A stretch of 64,000 nucleotides of DNA from Rhina ancylostomus (Eukaryota). Position numbers and translations under genes: made by a program. The stretch covers positions 99,595,235-99,659,234 of the forward strand of contig JARFYF010000074.1 of the NCBI GenBank assembly GCA_030265395.1. Reading direction: 5' to 3'. The notes under the pieces were generated by a model. The model worked only from the letters and a program-made list of their open reading frames with translations. It made no database searches and had not been told where the DNA came from. Positions 39,401-51,243 of this stretch are shown piece by piece (within the stretch, counting starts at the first letter, position 1; each line of letters begins with the position of its first letter).

Positions 39401-40875
39401 AGTAACTTCAATTATGCAACAGTCACTCAGTATTGTAGAATATCAATAAAAGTTTACATATTTCAGTTTTAGTGTGGAATTCATAATTTTAACCTTCTGA
39501 TGTATAGACATAGGTGCTACCAACTTATCCAAATACAGACTTACAACTCCAACTTCAATGAGATAAAAGCAAAGGCAGGTGGAAATCTTTTAAAGGGCTC
39601 TAAAATCATGAAATATGCTACTCGAGAAGACCACACATATGGGGTTTAAAAAAAACACCAGAGTGTGTTTCTGGAGAGAAGCATTTGAGGGATCTGTAGC
39701 CAAGTGTGAATTTTCTTACAATTAGGATTGCTCAACTTTCTGCTGCAAAAATATCCCTTCTGGTTTGAATTTAAAACCCAAAAGATAAAGCATTCTATTT
39801 TAATAACTGGCACAGCTGAGACAGCAGACTCAACATCCTTCCTCAAAAACTGTCAAAGCTGATCCATTACAGGTCATAGGAGGTCACAGGGAATTCCAGG
39901 TTGATCCCTAATCCATCCAATCCTTAAACTCAACATTTAGTGGAATTATTTGCAAATACAAGGTTTCATAAATCACCTAACAGAGAAAGGTGTGATGACA
40001 TAAATATTAATAAATGCAAACAAACTCTTGTCGTATTTAAATTTGATTCAATTCTAAAGTATATCACATTGCTTTTACCAATGGCTTCCACTTAAATTTA
40101 TACATTATTTCTATTCAAAATTTGTGCTTGCTTTAACTGAACTCAACTTGCTGTAATATTGCAGTTTCATCATATTTAACTACAGATAAAATGATCTCAT
40201 AATAGGCCCCTCAGAATCAGCAGCAAGCTTCAGAAAAATACTGGATACATTTTCTATTTAAGCAAAAAACTCTTAAGTAATTTACCTTGCAGTCATTCCT
40301 TCATTAGAAAAAAATGAGTTCTGAAAAGTCCATTTTGAAACTTGGACCAAAGACTCAACACAAGACACTTCTGCATATTAGATTCATATTTTGATAAGCA
40401 AAGCTTTCATATTGTTCATTTGCATAAGGAAGACATGCCATTAAACTGGGGAACTACATTTGTTCTATCCCCTTCCACCCTCTCATATTCTTCAAGACGT
40501 CAAATTCTAAAGTCTGAATTCAGTTTGAGGAGCAAAGTTAGGAAACACTCCTACGCTAAAGGCCAAGATGTTTGAAACTTTTTTCCACACTCTGAGTTAC
40601 CATCACCCACTCCCTTCAGTTGCACTAATCTTCATCTTATTTCTTCTTAGGCAAACCCTTAGAAGTGGGATGGATGTAAGTCATTCTCAATGCTATGTGG
40701 GAATCCATAAATTGTTCCACAGATGGGACAAAAGGAATCTTTAATATCATAGGGAGTTCTACATTGGGACAGGTTGGCAGTGGGCCTGTCTTGCAGATGT
40801 TGAACAGAAGGTCCATCTCCTCAAATGCTTCATTCAACAGATTAACAGTGGTATAGAGCTTCACCTCTAAAAGCT
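36461..40875 (-). pseudogene. Candidate decayed or unannotated multi-exon gene of unknown identity
   Basis: Non-repeat, protein-like segments opened by good minus-strand acceptors: 40875 (ttttttatacag), 38673-38472 (66 open codons), 37524-37145 (231 nt once an insertion is removed, CAG|GTGAGT donor) and 36797 (89 open codons). Stops and phase mismatches are present. Confidence 0.4.
37235..37374. mobile_element. Fold-back Penelope-pLTR-derived insertion
   Basis: Arms tgctggaggaactcagcaggtca / tgacctgttgagttcctccagca. Flanked by the direct repeat ccttgagcc (37226-37234, 37375-37383). Minus strand CTGATGA...GAAAtatcgactg. Confidence 0.85.
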
Positions 40876-41639
40876 CTGTATAAAAAAAGTTCCTCTGCAT
40901 ATCTCAATGCTACATGAAAAGCACGTCAGCCAACAGCCGAAATTTTCATCCAAAAGATATTCTCTCTGATTACACCACACTCCCTTAGTAATGCACTAAA
41001 GTACTTATGCTGCAAGAATAGTAGCAAGTCAGATACTTGCTATTACTTGCACTTGTTATTAGTTACAGTCATTTTCATTGATGCGGAAGATAAACCTGCC
41101 CTAATCTGCTGCAGACTATGGTACGAGAAAAAAAGGTGTAGAAGAAAAAACGTTTGCAGAAAAAGTATTGTGCCAACTGGTTTGTACAACAGCAACAAAA
41201 ATACTCCCTTCTTTCAGTTTTTATTTTCTGATAAGCATAAAGAAATTAAATTGCCAATCAGGTCATCTTTTGTACGAACAAAAGAGACCCCCCAGCACAA
41301 TTTTAAGAAAAGGTAATGAATGTGAGGAGGCATTATTGTCACTGAGCCAGTTACGTGGAAATGTGGTGTCCAACAGCAGTCATTCACCTTTCCATCCAAT
41401 AACAGTGACAAGTTAACGGCATGTGAAATAAAAGACACATTTGCTTCGATGACTCCGACAGTGAGGGGTGCATCGCGTTATGGATCAGACACAAGGTTAC
41501 TGCGGGAAATGCTGCAGCCTCCCTGACAAACCATCAACCATAATATACAGATCACACTCAGGACCCCCTCCCCAGAATTTGGAAAGCGACCAGAAGAAAT
41601 ATATTACAGCCATTTAAACATTTATTGTTTAAGATACTT

Positions 41640-42110
41640 GCACGAACCTGATCTCGGCCTCCTCCGNNNNNNNNNNNNNNNNNNNNNNNNNNNNNNNNNN
41701 NNNNNNNNNNNNNNNNNNNNNNNNNNNNNNNNNNNNNNNNNNNNNNNNNNNNNNNNNNNNNNNNNNGGGTGAAGCCTATATCGAAACAGCCGCCTCAACA
41801 CCTTCCTGTCCACCTTACGTCCAGCCTCCGCATGCCGATGTCAAGCCGAGCCCGCGGGAGTGATAGACGTCCTGTTCGACCAATAGAAATAGAACCTTTC
41901 ACGCTAAGCGCCAATCGACGTTCGCGTCACAGCCACCCGCGTTTCACTTATTTGCATGAAGGAAAGCCGGATAGAACAGGAGTTGTCATTGGCTGCAGCA
42001 TGGGTCGCCTGCCAACACGTCAATCATCGATAAGGCGATGCGGTGCAAGTCGGAGAATGCTTGGGACGGTTGTTAGCAATTCAATGCATGGACCGTTGTA
42101 GCAGCCGCTG
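41640..42110 (-). promoter_or_regulatory. CpG-rich promoter (TMEM50B upstream exon 1 and/or the cryptic gene at 36-41 kb)
   Basis: Most conspicuous CpG-rich stretch of the window. CCAAT at 41880 and 41911, ATTGG at 41988, octamer ATTTGCAT at 41950. Candidate minus donor CAG|GTTCGT near 41648. Interrupted by a 100-N gap. Confidence 0.65.
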
Positions 42111-42189
42111 ACTTACAAGGTCAGGGTTTGGGCAGACAAAGGAGGTGGCCAAATGGTGGAGAGGGATGAATATGCAGTGTTAGGAAAAT

Positions 42190-43560
42190 AGCCATTGAGT
42201 CGTACAGCACTGCAACAGGCCCTTCGGCCAACCATGTACATGCTATACCCATCTAAACTAAATCTATTTACCAGCATTTCGTCCTTAGCACTTTACGTCT
42301 TGGCGATTCAAGTTCTTGTCTGGATACTCATTAAACGTGAGAGCTTATGGCTCCACCACCTACCTTTCCATATTCCCCCTCTAAAAGAAAGTTATTCAGA
42401 TCCCCTCTAGAGCCTTTACCCTAAACGTATGTGTTCAGGGTTTAATCATCTCTGCTATGGGGAAAAGTTTCCTACTATTTATTCTTGCCCCTCATAATTT
42501 TGTATACCTTTAGCAGCCACCCCCCCCCCAAACAAAACCTCCTCTACTCCAAGAGGAACCAATCTGCTGAAGGAACGCAGCTGGTCAAGCTCCATCTGTG
42601 GGAGGAAAGGAATTGTTGACGTTTTGGGGCAAAACACTATTCCAGGCAATATGCTAGAGAATCTGCACATTCACCAAATCCAAAACTCCAACTGTGGCTT
42701 AACCAAAGTTTTATAAAGTTGTATTATAATCTGGCTGCTTTTATGTTCTGTCACCCAACTAAGGAAATTAAGTATCTTGTACGTCTTCTTCTCAACCCTA
42801 CCTACGATCCTTGGTCTTGTACATCAAGAATTCTCCATTCTTCAATACTTCCCAGGCATTGTGTGTGAACTACCCTTTATTAGTCTTCCCAAGTGCATCA
42901 CCTCACACTTCAGGATTAAAATTCCATTTGTCATTGCCTAGCCCATCTTATTAACTGAATCATTATCATCTTGTAACCTACAACTATCCTATCACCACCA
43001 ATTTTCATGCCATCTCCTATATTCATATCCAAATAATTAATGTCTCTAAGAAACAGAAAGGATCCCACCACCAGTATCTGTGGTACACCACTGGTCACAG
43101 GGTTCCATCACAAAAACCCTCCACCATAACTGTCTTCTATTACCATGCAAATTTTGGATCCAATTTGTCAACTTGTCTTGGATCCCATTGTGTCTAACAT
43201 TTTGCTCCAATTTCCCCATGTGGGACCTTGTCAAAGACCTTAGTAGATAACATGATCCGCACTGCCCATATCATTAACTATCTCTTCAAAAAGTTCAAAA
43301 CAAATTGGTCAGACTGGATCTGCCCCTAACAAAGCCACAGTGAGTGACCATCTCATATTAATCCTCATATTTCCAAGCATATATTAATCCTTTCCTTCAG
43401 ATTCCTCCTCCCCCCCCCCCCCCCACACCAAATAACTTCCCTACCACTGAGAGACTTACAGGCCTGTAATTACCTGGCTTATCCCTACTGCCCTTCTTGA
43501 ATAAAAGTTCCACATTTGCTGTCCTTCAGTCATTTGCCACCAATGTCAGGGCTCCAACAA
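42190..43560 (-). mobile_element. Decayed CR1 LINE
   Basis: Minus-strand RT remnants (GIQDKLTNWIQN; ttataaaactttggttaagccacagttggag) and a CR1 tail at about 42200. Confidence 0.75.
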
Positions 43561-43854
43561 ACTCATTTGCCTCCAGTAGTAATTTTTCCTGCCATTCATT
43601 TCTTGATGCACTAATCATTCTGACAGATTAAAAGGACAATTTGTAGTTGAGCTTGTAAATGGTGATATTATCACCATGGCCATCCTTCATTAACGAAGGG
43701 GTCCTAAATTTTGACTTTTTCATCTCACTAATGCCTCAGATCTGAAACATACATGTCCTGCTCCACAGGTAACCAATCTGGAAATGTGAATAAATAATCC
43801 CAGTGAAATCACCACCTGATCCTCAATTATCAAAATAATCAGTGTAAATAATAA

Positions 43855-44091
43855 GCAGTTAGCACGACACTATTACAGCGCAGTGATCGGGGTTCAATTC
43901 CTGTCACTGTCTGTAAGGAGTTTGTACATTCCCCCGTGTCTGTCTGGGTTTCCTCTGGGTGCTCCGGTTTCCTCCCACATTCTAAAAACATATGGGTAGG
44001 TTAATTTAGGGTTTACAATGGGCGGTGCAGACTCATTGGGCCAGAAGGGCCTGTTACCAAGCTATAAATAAAAATTTTTTAAAAATTTAAA
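43855..44091 (+). mobile_element. V-SINE, CR1-type tail
   Basis: Close copy of 1831-2263 in the opposite orientation. Confidence 0.9.
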
Positions 44092-45101
44092 GCAACACCA
44101 GTTTTTTTTTTGACTTCGCTGCACCACTTAGTTGGTGATCAAAGGCAATAAGATTCTAATGATGTAGAACTCCATAACAATACTGTGATAAGGAGGTGCT
44201 TGGAACCAGAAAACTGTCCCCAAAAGATGAAGGTGAGGTGNNNNNNNNNNNNNATCCATGAGAGCTGAGGCCACACTGAAGCCAACTGGAGAATAATACC
44301 ACAGACAAATACAGAAGTACTCTGCCTATCAAGAAAGCAACATTAATAATTTTGGTTAAAGATACATTAGTGGTGGAAAAACAAAATCACACACATTCAG
44401 GCCTTATTTGTTAACAATTTAAATAAAACAATTTCAGAAGTGAACAAGTTCCAGAAAATTGAGTGTTTATACAGAGTACTATTTGTGCAACATAATGAAT
44501 TCTAACCATTTCAATTTTTTGTGAAGTACAATGTATCTTATGCCACAAAATTAAGGCTTTATTAAGCCATTATTTTAACAAGATTTAGTAGAGGCTTCCA
44601 GTTAATGTCTCGTTGAACATTTCAATAAGCAAAAAAAAATGCAGCATTCATTAAATGAACCAACAACATTTTTTTCTTACATACAGTATATTGCAGGACA
44701 GAATTACTGCATGTTAAACACCACAGCAAAGAATATTTATTGATGTGAACAGATGCTCATTTATTTGCTGAATATGGTCATTATTTCTCGATTTCACAGA
44801 TGGAAGAAAAATTTAGAAGATATATAATAAAGAAAGGAAATGCTGAAGCACATTTCCATGTAAATTTTCAGATTTCTGTGATCCTCTTTCTATAAAGACT
44901 AAAATGGATAGAATTTAGATAGGTAAAGGCATCATGCAATATGGAGAAAGTGTATAAAATGGCATAAAACTAAAAATAAGCCATAATCTGATTGAATGGC
45001 CTGCTACAATTGTAAGTAATGTGCTCCTCTGTTGCACAGTTTAAAAAAATATAATTAAATGAATAAATTAACATTCTGATCATGAAAGTTACAAACTTTC
45101 A

Positions 45102-46190
45102 CTACTTCCTCTGATTATATTTCAGGAAAAATTTGATCCAATTAAACAGGCTATTTTTTGTACTACTTTCCTCTGTTGATTTTCCAATAATCTCTGAAGT
45201 GGTTTTGTTTGCTTCCATTGACGCATCATAGTTTTTCAATATGACAGCAAGCTCCTTATCTGGGTCAAAGTGCAGCATCTGCCTGTTCAGTAGAGGTACA
45301 ATTAAATTGAATCTATCTACTGTTTTATTAAGTTGTTTAATATCATTTCTGAATTGCTCACAGTTAAGGTTCCAATGTTTTTGAGTGTAGACCGTCAGGG
45401 GCTCACCGAGTTTTTTCCTGTAATTCATCATGTCATTTCTGAGCTTCTCCACAGTTTGCTTTATTTCTTTTTGCCGGACAATCCATTCTGGTTGATATCC
45501 ATTTTCTATGAGTATCCTGTTCAGATTATGTGTCATTGGATCAATGTATGGATATTGTGAAAACTTTTGCAAAGGTTTCCCTTTACCACTGAGGTTATCA
45601 AAATCACCTTTGGCTATTGACTCTTGGATGAGATCTTCCACCAGTCTTTCCACTGCTTGGGTTATTTTTGTTTTTTTGCTCTGCTGGACGTCCTTCACCA
45701 CCATTGTATTTTTCAGATCCTGAGCTTGTAGTTTCTGCTTTCTATAATCCAACACTTGATCAGCTGCACGGTTGACTCTAAACTTTCTGTATTGCTTCTC
45801 TCTTTGACTAGGTGTTCCAATACCAATGCCTTCAAAGTTCAGATACTGTCTGTGCTGAGGTGCCAGGTACTTGGATTGTTCTTCTTCTTCATCATCCAAT
45901 TTTTGATCAGACTCCGCCTTTCTTTTCTCTGCTAAATGCTTGACAACAGCCTTGTAGGCTTCTTCAACTTGCATGAACTTTAGAGGATCTGCGCCATCAG
46001 AGCCACTATCCGGATGATACAACTTGGCGAGTTTGACATAAGCTTCCTTCACTTCATCGTGGTTGCAGTTTTCCTGTACATTAAGCAAGCTGTAACAGTC
46101 TTGGAGGCTTTTGCTCAATGTTCGGTGACCCGAGAGCATCCTAGCACCGTGAAGGCAAGTCATAACCCAGTTTTTCTTTGCTGTTAACAT
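45102..46190 (-). CDS. DNAJC28: DnaJ homolog subfamily C member 28 (single coding exon, 362 aa)
   Basis: Intact ORF with a J-domain (YSLLNV...LAKLYHPD), PQHRQYLNFEGIGIGTPSQREKQY, and the conserved block ERLVEDLIQESIAKGDFDNLSGKGKPL...NRILIENGYQPEWI. Candidate minus-strand AATAAA signals at 44736-44741 and 44558-44563. Confidence 0.97.
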   Translation of the reverse strand: MLTAKKNWVMTCLHGARMLSGHRTLSKSLQDCYSLLNVQENCNHDEVKEAYVKLAKLYHPDSGSDGADPLKFMQVEEAYKAVVKHLAEKRKAESDQKLDDEEEEQSKYLAPQHRQYLNFEGIGIGTPSQREKQYRKFRVNRAADQVLDYRKQKLQAQDLKNTMVVKDVQQSKKTKITQAVERLVEDLIQESIAKGDFDNLSGKGKPLQKFSQYPYIDPMTHNLNRILIENGYQPEWIVRQKEIKQTVEKLRNDMMNYRKKLGEPLTVYTQKHWNLNCEQFRNDIKQLNKTVDRFNLIVPLLNRQMLHFDPDKELAVILKNYDASMEANKTTSEIIGKSTEESSTKNSLFNWIKFFLKYNQRK

Positions 46191-46299
46191 GTTCTCTCCA
46201 GAGTGATGCCTTGAATTGGAAATACAATCACTGACAGACCACTTGATGTACGCTTTAATAAGAATCGATACCTTTGGTATTTAAAAAAATGCCAAATAC

Positions 46300-46630
46300 C
46301 CTTTTCTGACCTACAGCGCGGAATTGCGTTACATTTTGCAAAGGGAACGAATCAACTTGCCTTTCTGTGCATTGTTTTTAAACTGTTGGATTCTTCCTGC
46401 CCCCACCACCTCAATGAAAGTATTCAGGACATATTAATAATAGAGCGAAACTGTGTCCGGAAACCACCAACAGGCCGAGAGATCACCTCAGACAGAAGCC
46501 ATGGATGTTTGTGTAAATTGGCTCCTGGGAGCTGTAGTTTCTACAAACATTTCTCAAAAACTCCACGGCATAGCGCACTCATGTGGATGAAAATGCGATG
46601 CAGTGCGCTCAAGGCAAACTGTTTCGAAAT
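46300..46630 (-). promoter_or_regulatory. Promoter-like region directly upstream of the DNAJC28 ORF
   Basis: CpG cluster; ZNF143/SBS motif AACTACAGCTCCCAG on the minus strand (46525-46539); CCGGAAA ETS-like site (46457). Confidence 0.55.
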
Positions 46631-47619
46631 GTATTGCATTCCAAAACAGGGTAATTTAAAATTTTAAAACCCCTTTGTAAAAATTTTGGCTTCAAATTTT
46701 CATTTAGCCTTGGACAAAAAGAATTAGTATTATGTATAGAGAAAATAGTGTTTTCTATAGAATAATATACATAATCAATGTTTAAAAAGGAACGGAGCTC
46801 TCAATACCAATTTTTCCAATGAACAGCAGTGCAATCTGGTTTTAAAAAGCACAGAAAGATTTTGCTGCATAACGGGAGAGGTCAGAATGTAGAAAGTTGG
46901 GGCTTACAGAAGCTTCCATACACTGAAAAGCAAGAGAAAATAAAACACCCTTCATATCAAGTGTGGCAATCATATAGCACAGAGGAGGTCATTTGACTTA
47001 TCATGCTTGTGCTAACTCTTGGAAAGAGCTGCCTGATTTGGTTCACGCTGCCTCCTTTCCCCAAAGATCTTTCCAGTTTACACATTTCTTTCTGGGGTGG
47101 GGCTATTTGGGTGTCAATGGCAAAGCCAGCATTTATTACTTCTAGCAATGGTACTGCCACAGTGGTTTTGGGGTAGGGGAATGACAATGATTTAGGACAA
47201 CGACAGAATTTAGACCAATGACAATGAAGGAATATGGTACATTTCCAAGGCAGGATGGTATGCACCTTAGAGGGGAACCACAGGAGGTTGTTGACCCTTT
47301 GCTAGAGCTCTTGTCTTTGTCAGTGGTAGAGATTGTGGGTTAGAAGGTGCTACTGGAATAGCCTAGGCAAGTAGTTATAGTGCATTTTATAAATACTACA
47401 CATTATTACCACAGTGGCTGGCCATGGAGTTTAGGATGGTGAATGGGGCACCAATTAAACAGACTGCTTTGTGCTGAATGGAATGGAGTTTGAGTGATGA
47501 TGGAATTATTTTCAAACAAGCAATTGGAGATTATTCTCTTGTACTTCTGGCCTGTGTCCTGTTGATGACTGATAGGCTTTGTTAGGAGGAGAGGCAGTCA
47601 CCTGAGGATAACCAGAATC

Positions 47620-47878
47620 CTCAGTTCACCTACCCTACACTGCCCATTCCTACCTCCTACCAAAGATCCACAAACCCAACTGCCCCAGTAGGCCTATTGT
47701 TTCTGCCTGCTCCTGCCCCACTGAACTCATGTCCTCATATCTTGACACCATTCTGTCCCCCCGGTCCAGTCCCTTCCCACCTACCTCCATGACACTTCAC
47801 ATGCCCTCCATCACTTCAACAACCTTCAGTTCCCGGCCCTGACTACCTCATTTTCACGATGAGCATCAAGTCCCTGTA
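47620..47878 (+). mobile_element. Penelope RT fragment
   Basis: YLLPKIHKPNCPSRPIVSACSCPTEL...DTSHAL...LIFTMSIKSL; runs into an assembly gap. Confidence 0.85.
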
Positions 47879-47978
47879 NNNNNNNNNNNNNNNNNNNNNN
47901 NNNNNNNNNNNNNNNNNNNNNNNNNNNNNNNNNNNNNNNNNNNNNNNNNNNNNNNNNNNNNNNNNNNNNNNNNNNNNN

Positions 47979-48185
47979 AGATACTGGAAATCTGAAACAA
48001 AAAAACAGAAACACTGGGAGCAGCCAGCAGACCACAAGGTATCAATGGAGAGAGGAATAGACCCAGTTCCCCAGGATGATGATCACCCTGCTATGTGAAA
48101 GGTCAATGATCTCAAATGCTAACTTTCTGCCCCTCCATCCTAATGCCACCCAAATTGCCTCGCACCTCAGCATTCCCTGCTCTTA
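47979..48185. mobile_element. Fold-back pLTR-derived element (highly diverged)
   Basis: agatactggaaatctgaaacaaaaaacagaaacactgg... with a degenerate inverted arm. Confidence 0.5.
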
Positions 48186-49349
48186 CACTAGAAATGGGCT
48201 GTTTTATTTGAAATTCATTGATGAGTCCTCAGTATTGCAGGATGCCTAGATGAAAGATGAAATGTTGCTCCTTGAGGTTACATTGGACTTTGTTGGGACA
48301 ATGTTAAGGAGGTCAGAGTGGGAGTGGGATGGAGGATGGAAGTGAAAGGCAACTTCAGATTGAGGGACACACTTGTAGACTGGAGGTGTTCCGCAACTGT
48401 ATTTGGTTTCCCCAGTGTAGAGGAGACCATGACATGAGCTTCACCAAATCTGATGATCTGTATTGGTATTGGTATTGGTTTATTGTTGTCACTTGTACCG
48501 AGCTACAGTGAAAAGCTTGTCTTGCATACTGATTGTACAGATCAGTTCATTACACAGTGCAGTTACACTGAGTTAGTACAGAGTGCATTGATGTAGCACA
48601 GGTAAAAACAATAACAGTACATAGTGTCACAGCTACAGAGAAAGTGCAGTGTACTAAGGTGCAAGTTCACAAAAAGGTAGATCGTGAGGTTAGAGTCCAT
48701 CTCATCATATAAGGGAACTGTTCAATAGTCTTATCACAGTGGGGTAGAAGTAGGGTAATTAAATCATTGTTTTACTGAGTAGAAGTGTTTAGGTTACTGG
48801 GTAATGGGAAGGGAAGAAATAAAAAGGCAGGTGATTCTTCTTTTCCTTCCCAATGTTTGATACCATTCTGCTTCACAACACAAATCAAAATGTCAGAAGT
48901 TAGCTATTCAGATAATACATACAGACCTCAAGTCATCCATAGAACATTCACCAAAGGTACATGAACCCATATGTTCATTTCTATCCATTTTGAATGACTA
49001 TAGAGTTACCAGTAATATGGTTCCCTTTTTCTCAGAAGTGTAGATGTACTCTCTGAAGACATCTTATAGAACATAACCAATGCTGCAACAGAATTTTTTA
49101 TAGCTTGCTGCTACAACTTTGGGAAATGCTGTGTTTGCTTGCCAATCATTTGAGGTCATTATCCAAACAGGACCCGTAAATAAAGCATTTTGCAATTGCT
49201 TTTATATGACTATTCCTGTGTTCAGAATGAAGTTTAGTCAAAATACTTTCTCTCAAAGTGCTGGTATTCCCAATCCATGACTCCATTTGATTCACCCTAG
49301 CTCACACCATAACTCATTACAATAACTGTGCAATGGTTTCAGTTTGTTT

Positions 49350-51243
49350 CATTGACCATTGTTTCTACTTGCTCCTGCTCTACTGAACTTGTATCTTCGA
49401 ATCTCGACTCTATCTTGTCCATCAGTCCCTTCCCACCTACACTTCACATATTCTCCAACACTTCAACAGCTTTCAGTTCCCTGGCCCCTACTGCCTTACT
49501 TTCACCATGGACGTCCAGTCCCTGTATACTTCCTTCCCCCATCAGGAAGGCCTCAGGGCTCTCCACTTCTTTCTGGATACCAGAACCAACCAGTTCCACT
49601 CCACCACCGCCCTCCTCCATCTGGCAGAACTGGTGCTCACTCTCAATAACTTCTCTTTCAGCTCCTCCCAATTTCTCCGGAACAAAGGTGTAGCCATGGG
49701 CACTCACATGGGCCCCAGCTATGCCTGCCTTTTCATCTGCTACATGAATCAGTCCACGTTCCAAGTCTGCACCGGTAATGCTCCTCAACTCTTTGTCCAC
49801 TACATTGATGACTGCATTGGGGCTGCTTCCTGCACCCATGCTGAACTCATGAATTTTATTGACTTTGTCTCTAACTTCAACCCTGCCCTCAAATTTACAT
49901 GGTCCATCTCCGACTCTGCTCTCCTCTGTCTGTTTCCATCTCCAGAGACAGATTAACCACTGATATGTTTTACAAACCCACTGACTCCTGCAGTTACCTT
50001 GACTACACCTCTTCCATTCCTGGCACTTACAAGGATGCTGTCCCCTTCTCCCAGTTCCTCTGCACCTGTTTCTATGAAGAGGTTTCCATTCCAGGACATC
50101 AGAGATGTCATATTTATTCAGTAAATGGGGGTTTCCTACCACCACCACCAATGCAGCCCTCACCCATATCTCCTCCATTTCCTGCATGTCTGCCCTCACG
50201 CCACCCTCCCCCCGACATAACAGGCACAGGATTCCTCTTGTCCTCACCTACCACCCCACGAGCCTCTGCATTCAACACATTATTCTCTGCAACTTCTGCC
50301 ACCTTCAATGGGATCCCACTACCAATCTTCGTCTCCACCCCCTCTCCGTAGGGATCACTCCCGCCACAACTCCCTTGTCTACTTGTCCCTCCCAGCACTT
50401 ATCCCTGCAACCACATTAAATCCTAAACCTGCCCCTACACCGCCTCCCTCACCATCATTCAGGGCCCTAGATAGTCCTTCCAGGTGAGGCAGCACTTCAC
50501 CTGTGAATCTGAGGGTGTCACTTATCGCATCTGGTGCTCCTGAAGTGGCCTCCTCTACATCGGTGAAACCTGACGCAGATTGGATGACTACTTCGTCCAG
50601 CACCTTTGCTCTGTCCGCTACAAAAGCCAGGATATCCCAGTGGTCACCTACTTCAATTCCACATCCCACTCTTACACATCTATCCACAACCTCCTCTACT
50701 GCCATGTTGAGGCCAGCCACTGGTTGGAGGAACAACACCTCATATTCTGCCTTGATAGTCTCCAACCTGATGCCCTCAACATCAATTTCTCTAACTTCTG
50801 GTAACCCTTCACTTTCCCCCCTCCTTGTTTTCCCTTATTCTTGTGTCCCACTCACCCCTTCTCTTCCCCCCCACCCACCCTCATGGCCTGCCCATCACCA
50901 ATTGCCCACCTCCTTCCCTTTTTTCCATGGTCTACTGCCATCTCGTACCAGATTCCTTCATCTTAAGCACTTTGCCTCTTCTACCTATCATTTCTCAGCT
51001 TCTTACATCTCCCCCCTCCTCCACCCATCTACTTTCTCCCTCTCACCTATCACCTTACAGCCTGTGCTTCTCCCCCTCCATTCCAGCTTCTGCCCTTTTC
51101 CTTTCCAATGCTGATGAAGGGTCTCAACCCAAAATGTCAACTGTTTATTTCCCTCCAAAGGCACTGCCTGACCTGCTGAGTTCCTCCAGCATTTTGTGTG
51201 TGTTGCTCCAGATTCCAGCATCTGCAGAATCTCTTGCATCTCT
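49350..51243 (+). mobile_element. Penelope-like retroelement (RT + GIY-YIG + pLTR with hammerhead-like motif), decayed
   Basis: RT: FTMDVQSLYTSFPHQEGL, GVAMGTHMGPSYACLF, YIDDCIG. GIY-YIG: FTCESEGVTYRIWC..GLLYIGET. The 3' pLTR contains CTGATGA-agggtctcaaccc-AAAA-tgtc (51111-51138). Confidence 0.92.

Noticed and set aside
40286-40875. Frame with many in-frame TGA codons suggesting a selenoprotein
   Set aside because: It also contains TAA and TAG stops. Eleven stops in 196 codons is about random for AT-rich DNA, and no SECIS was recognised.
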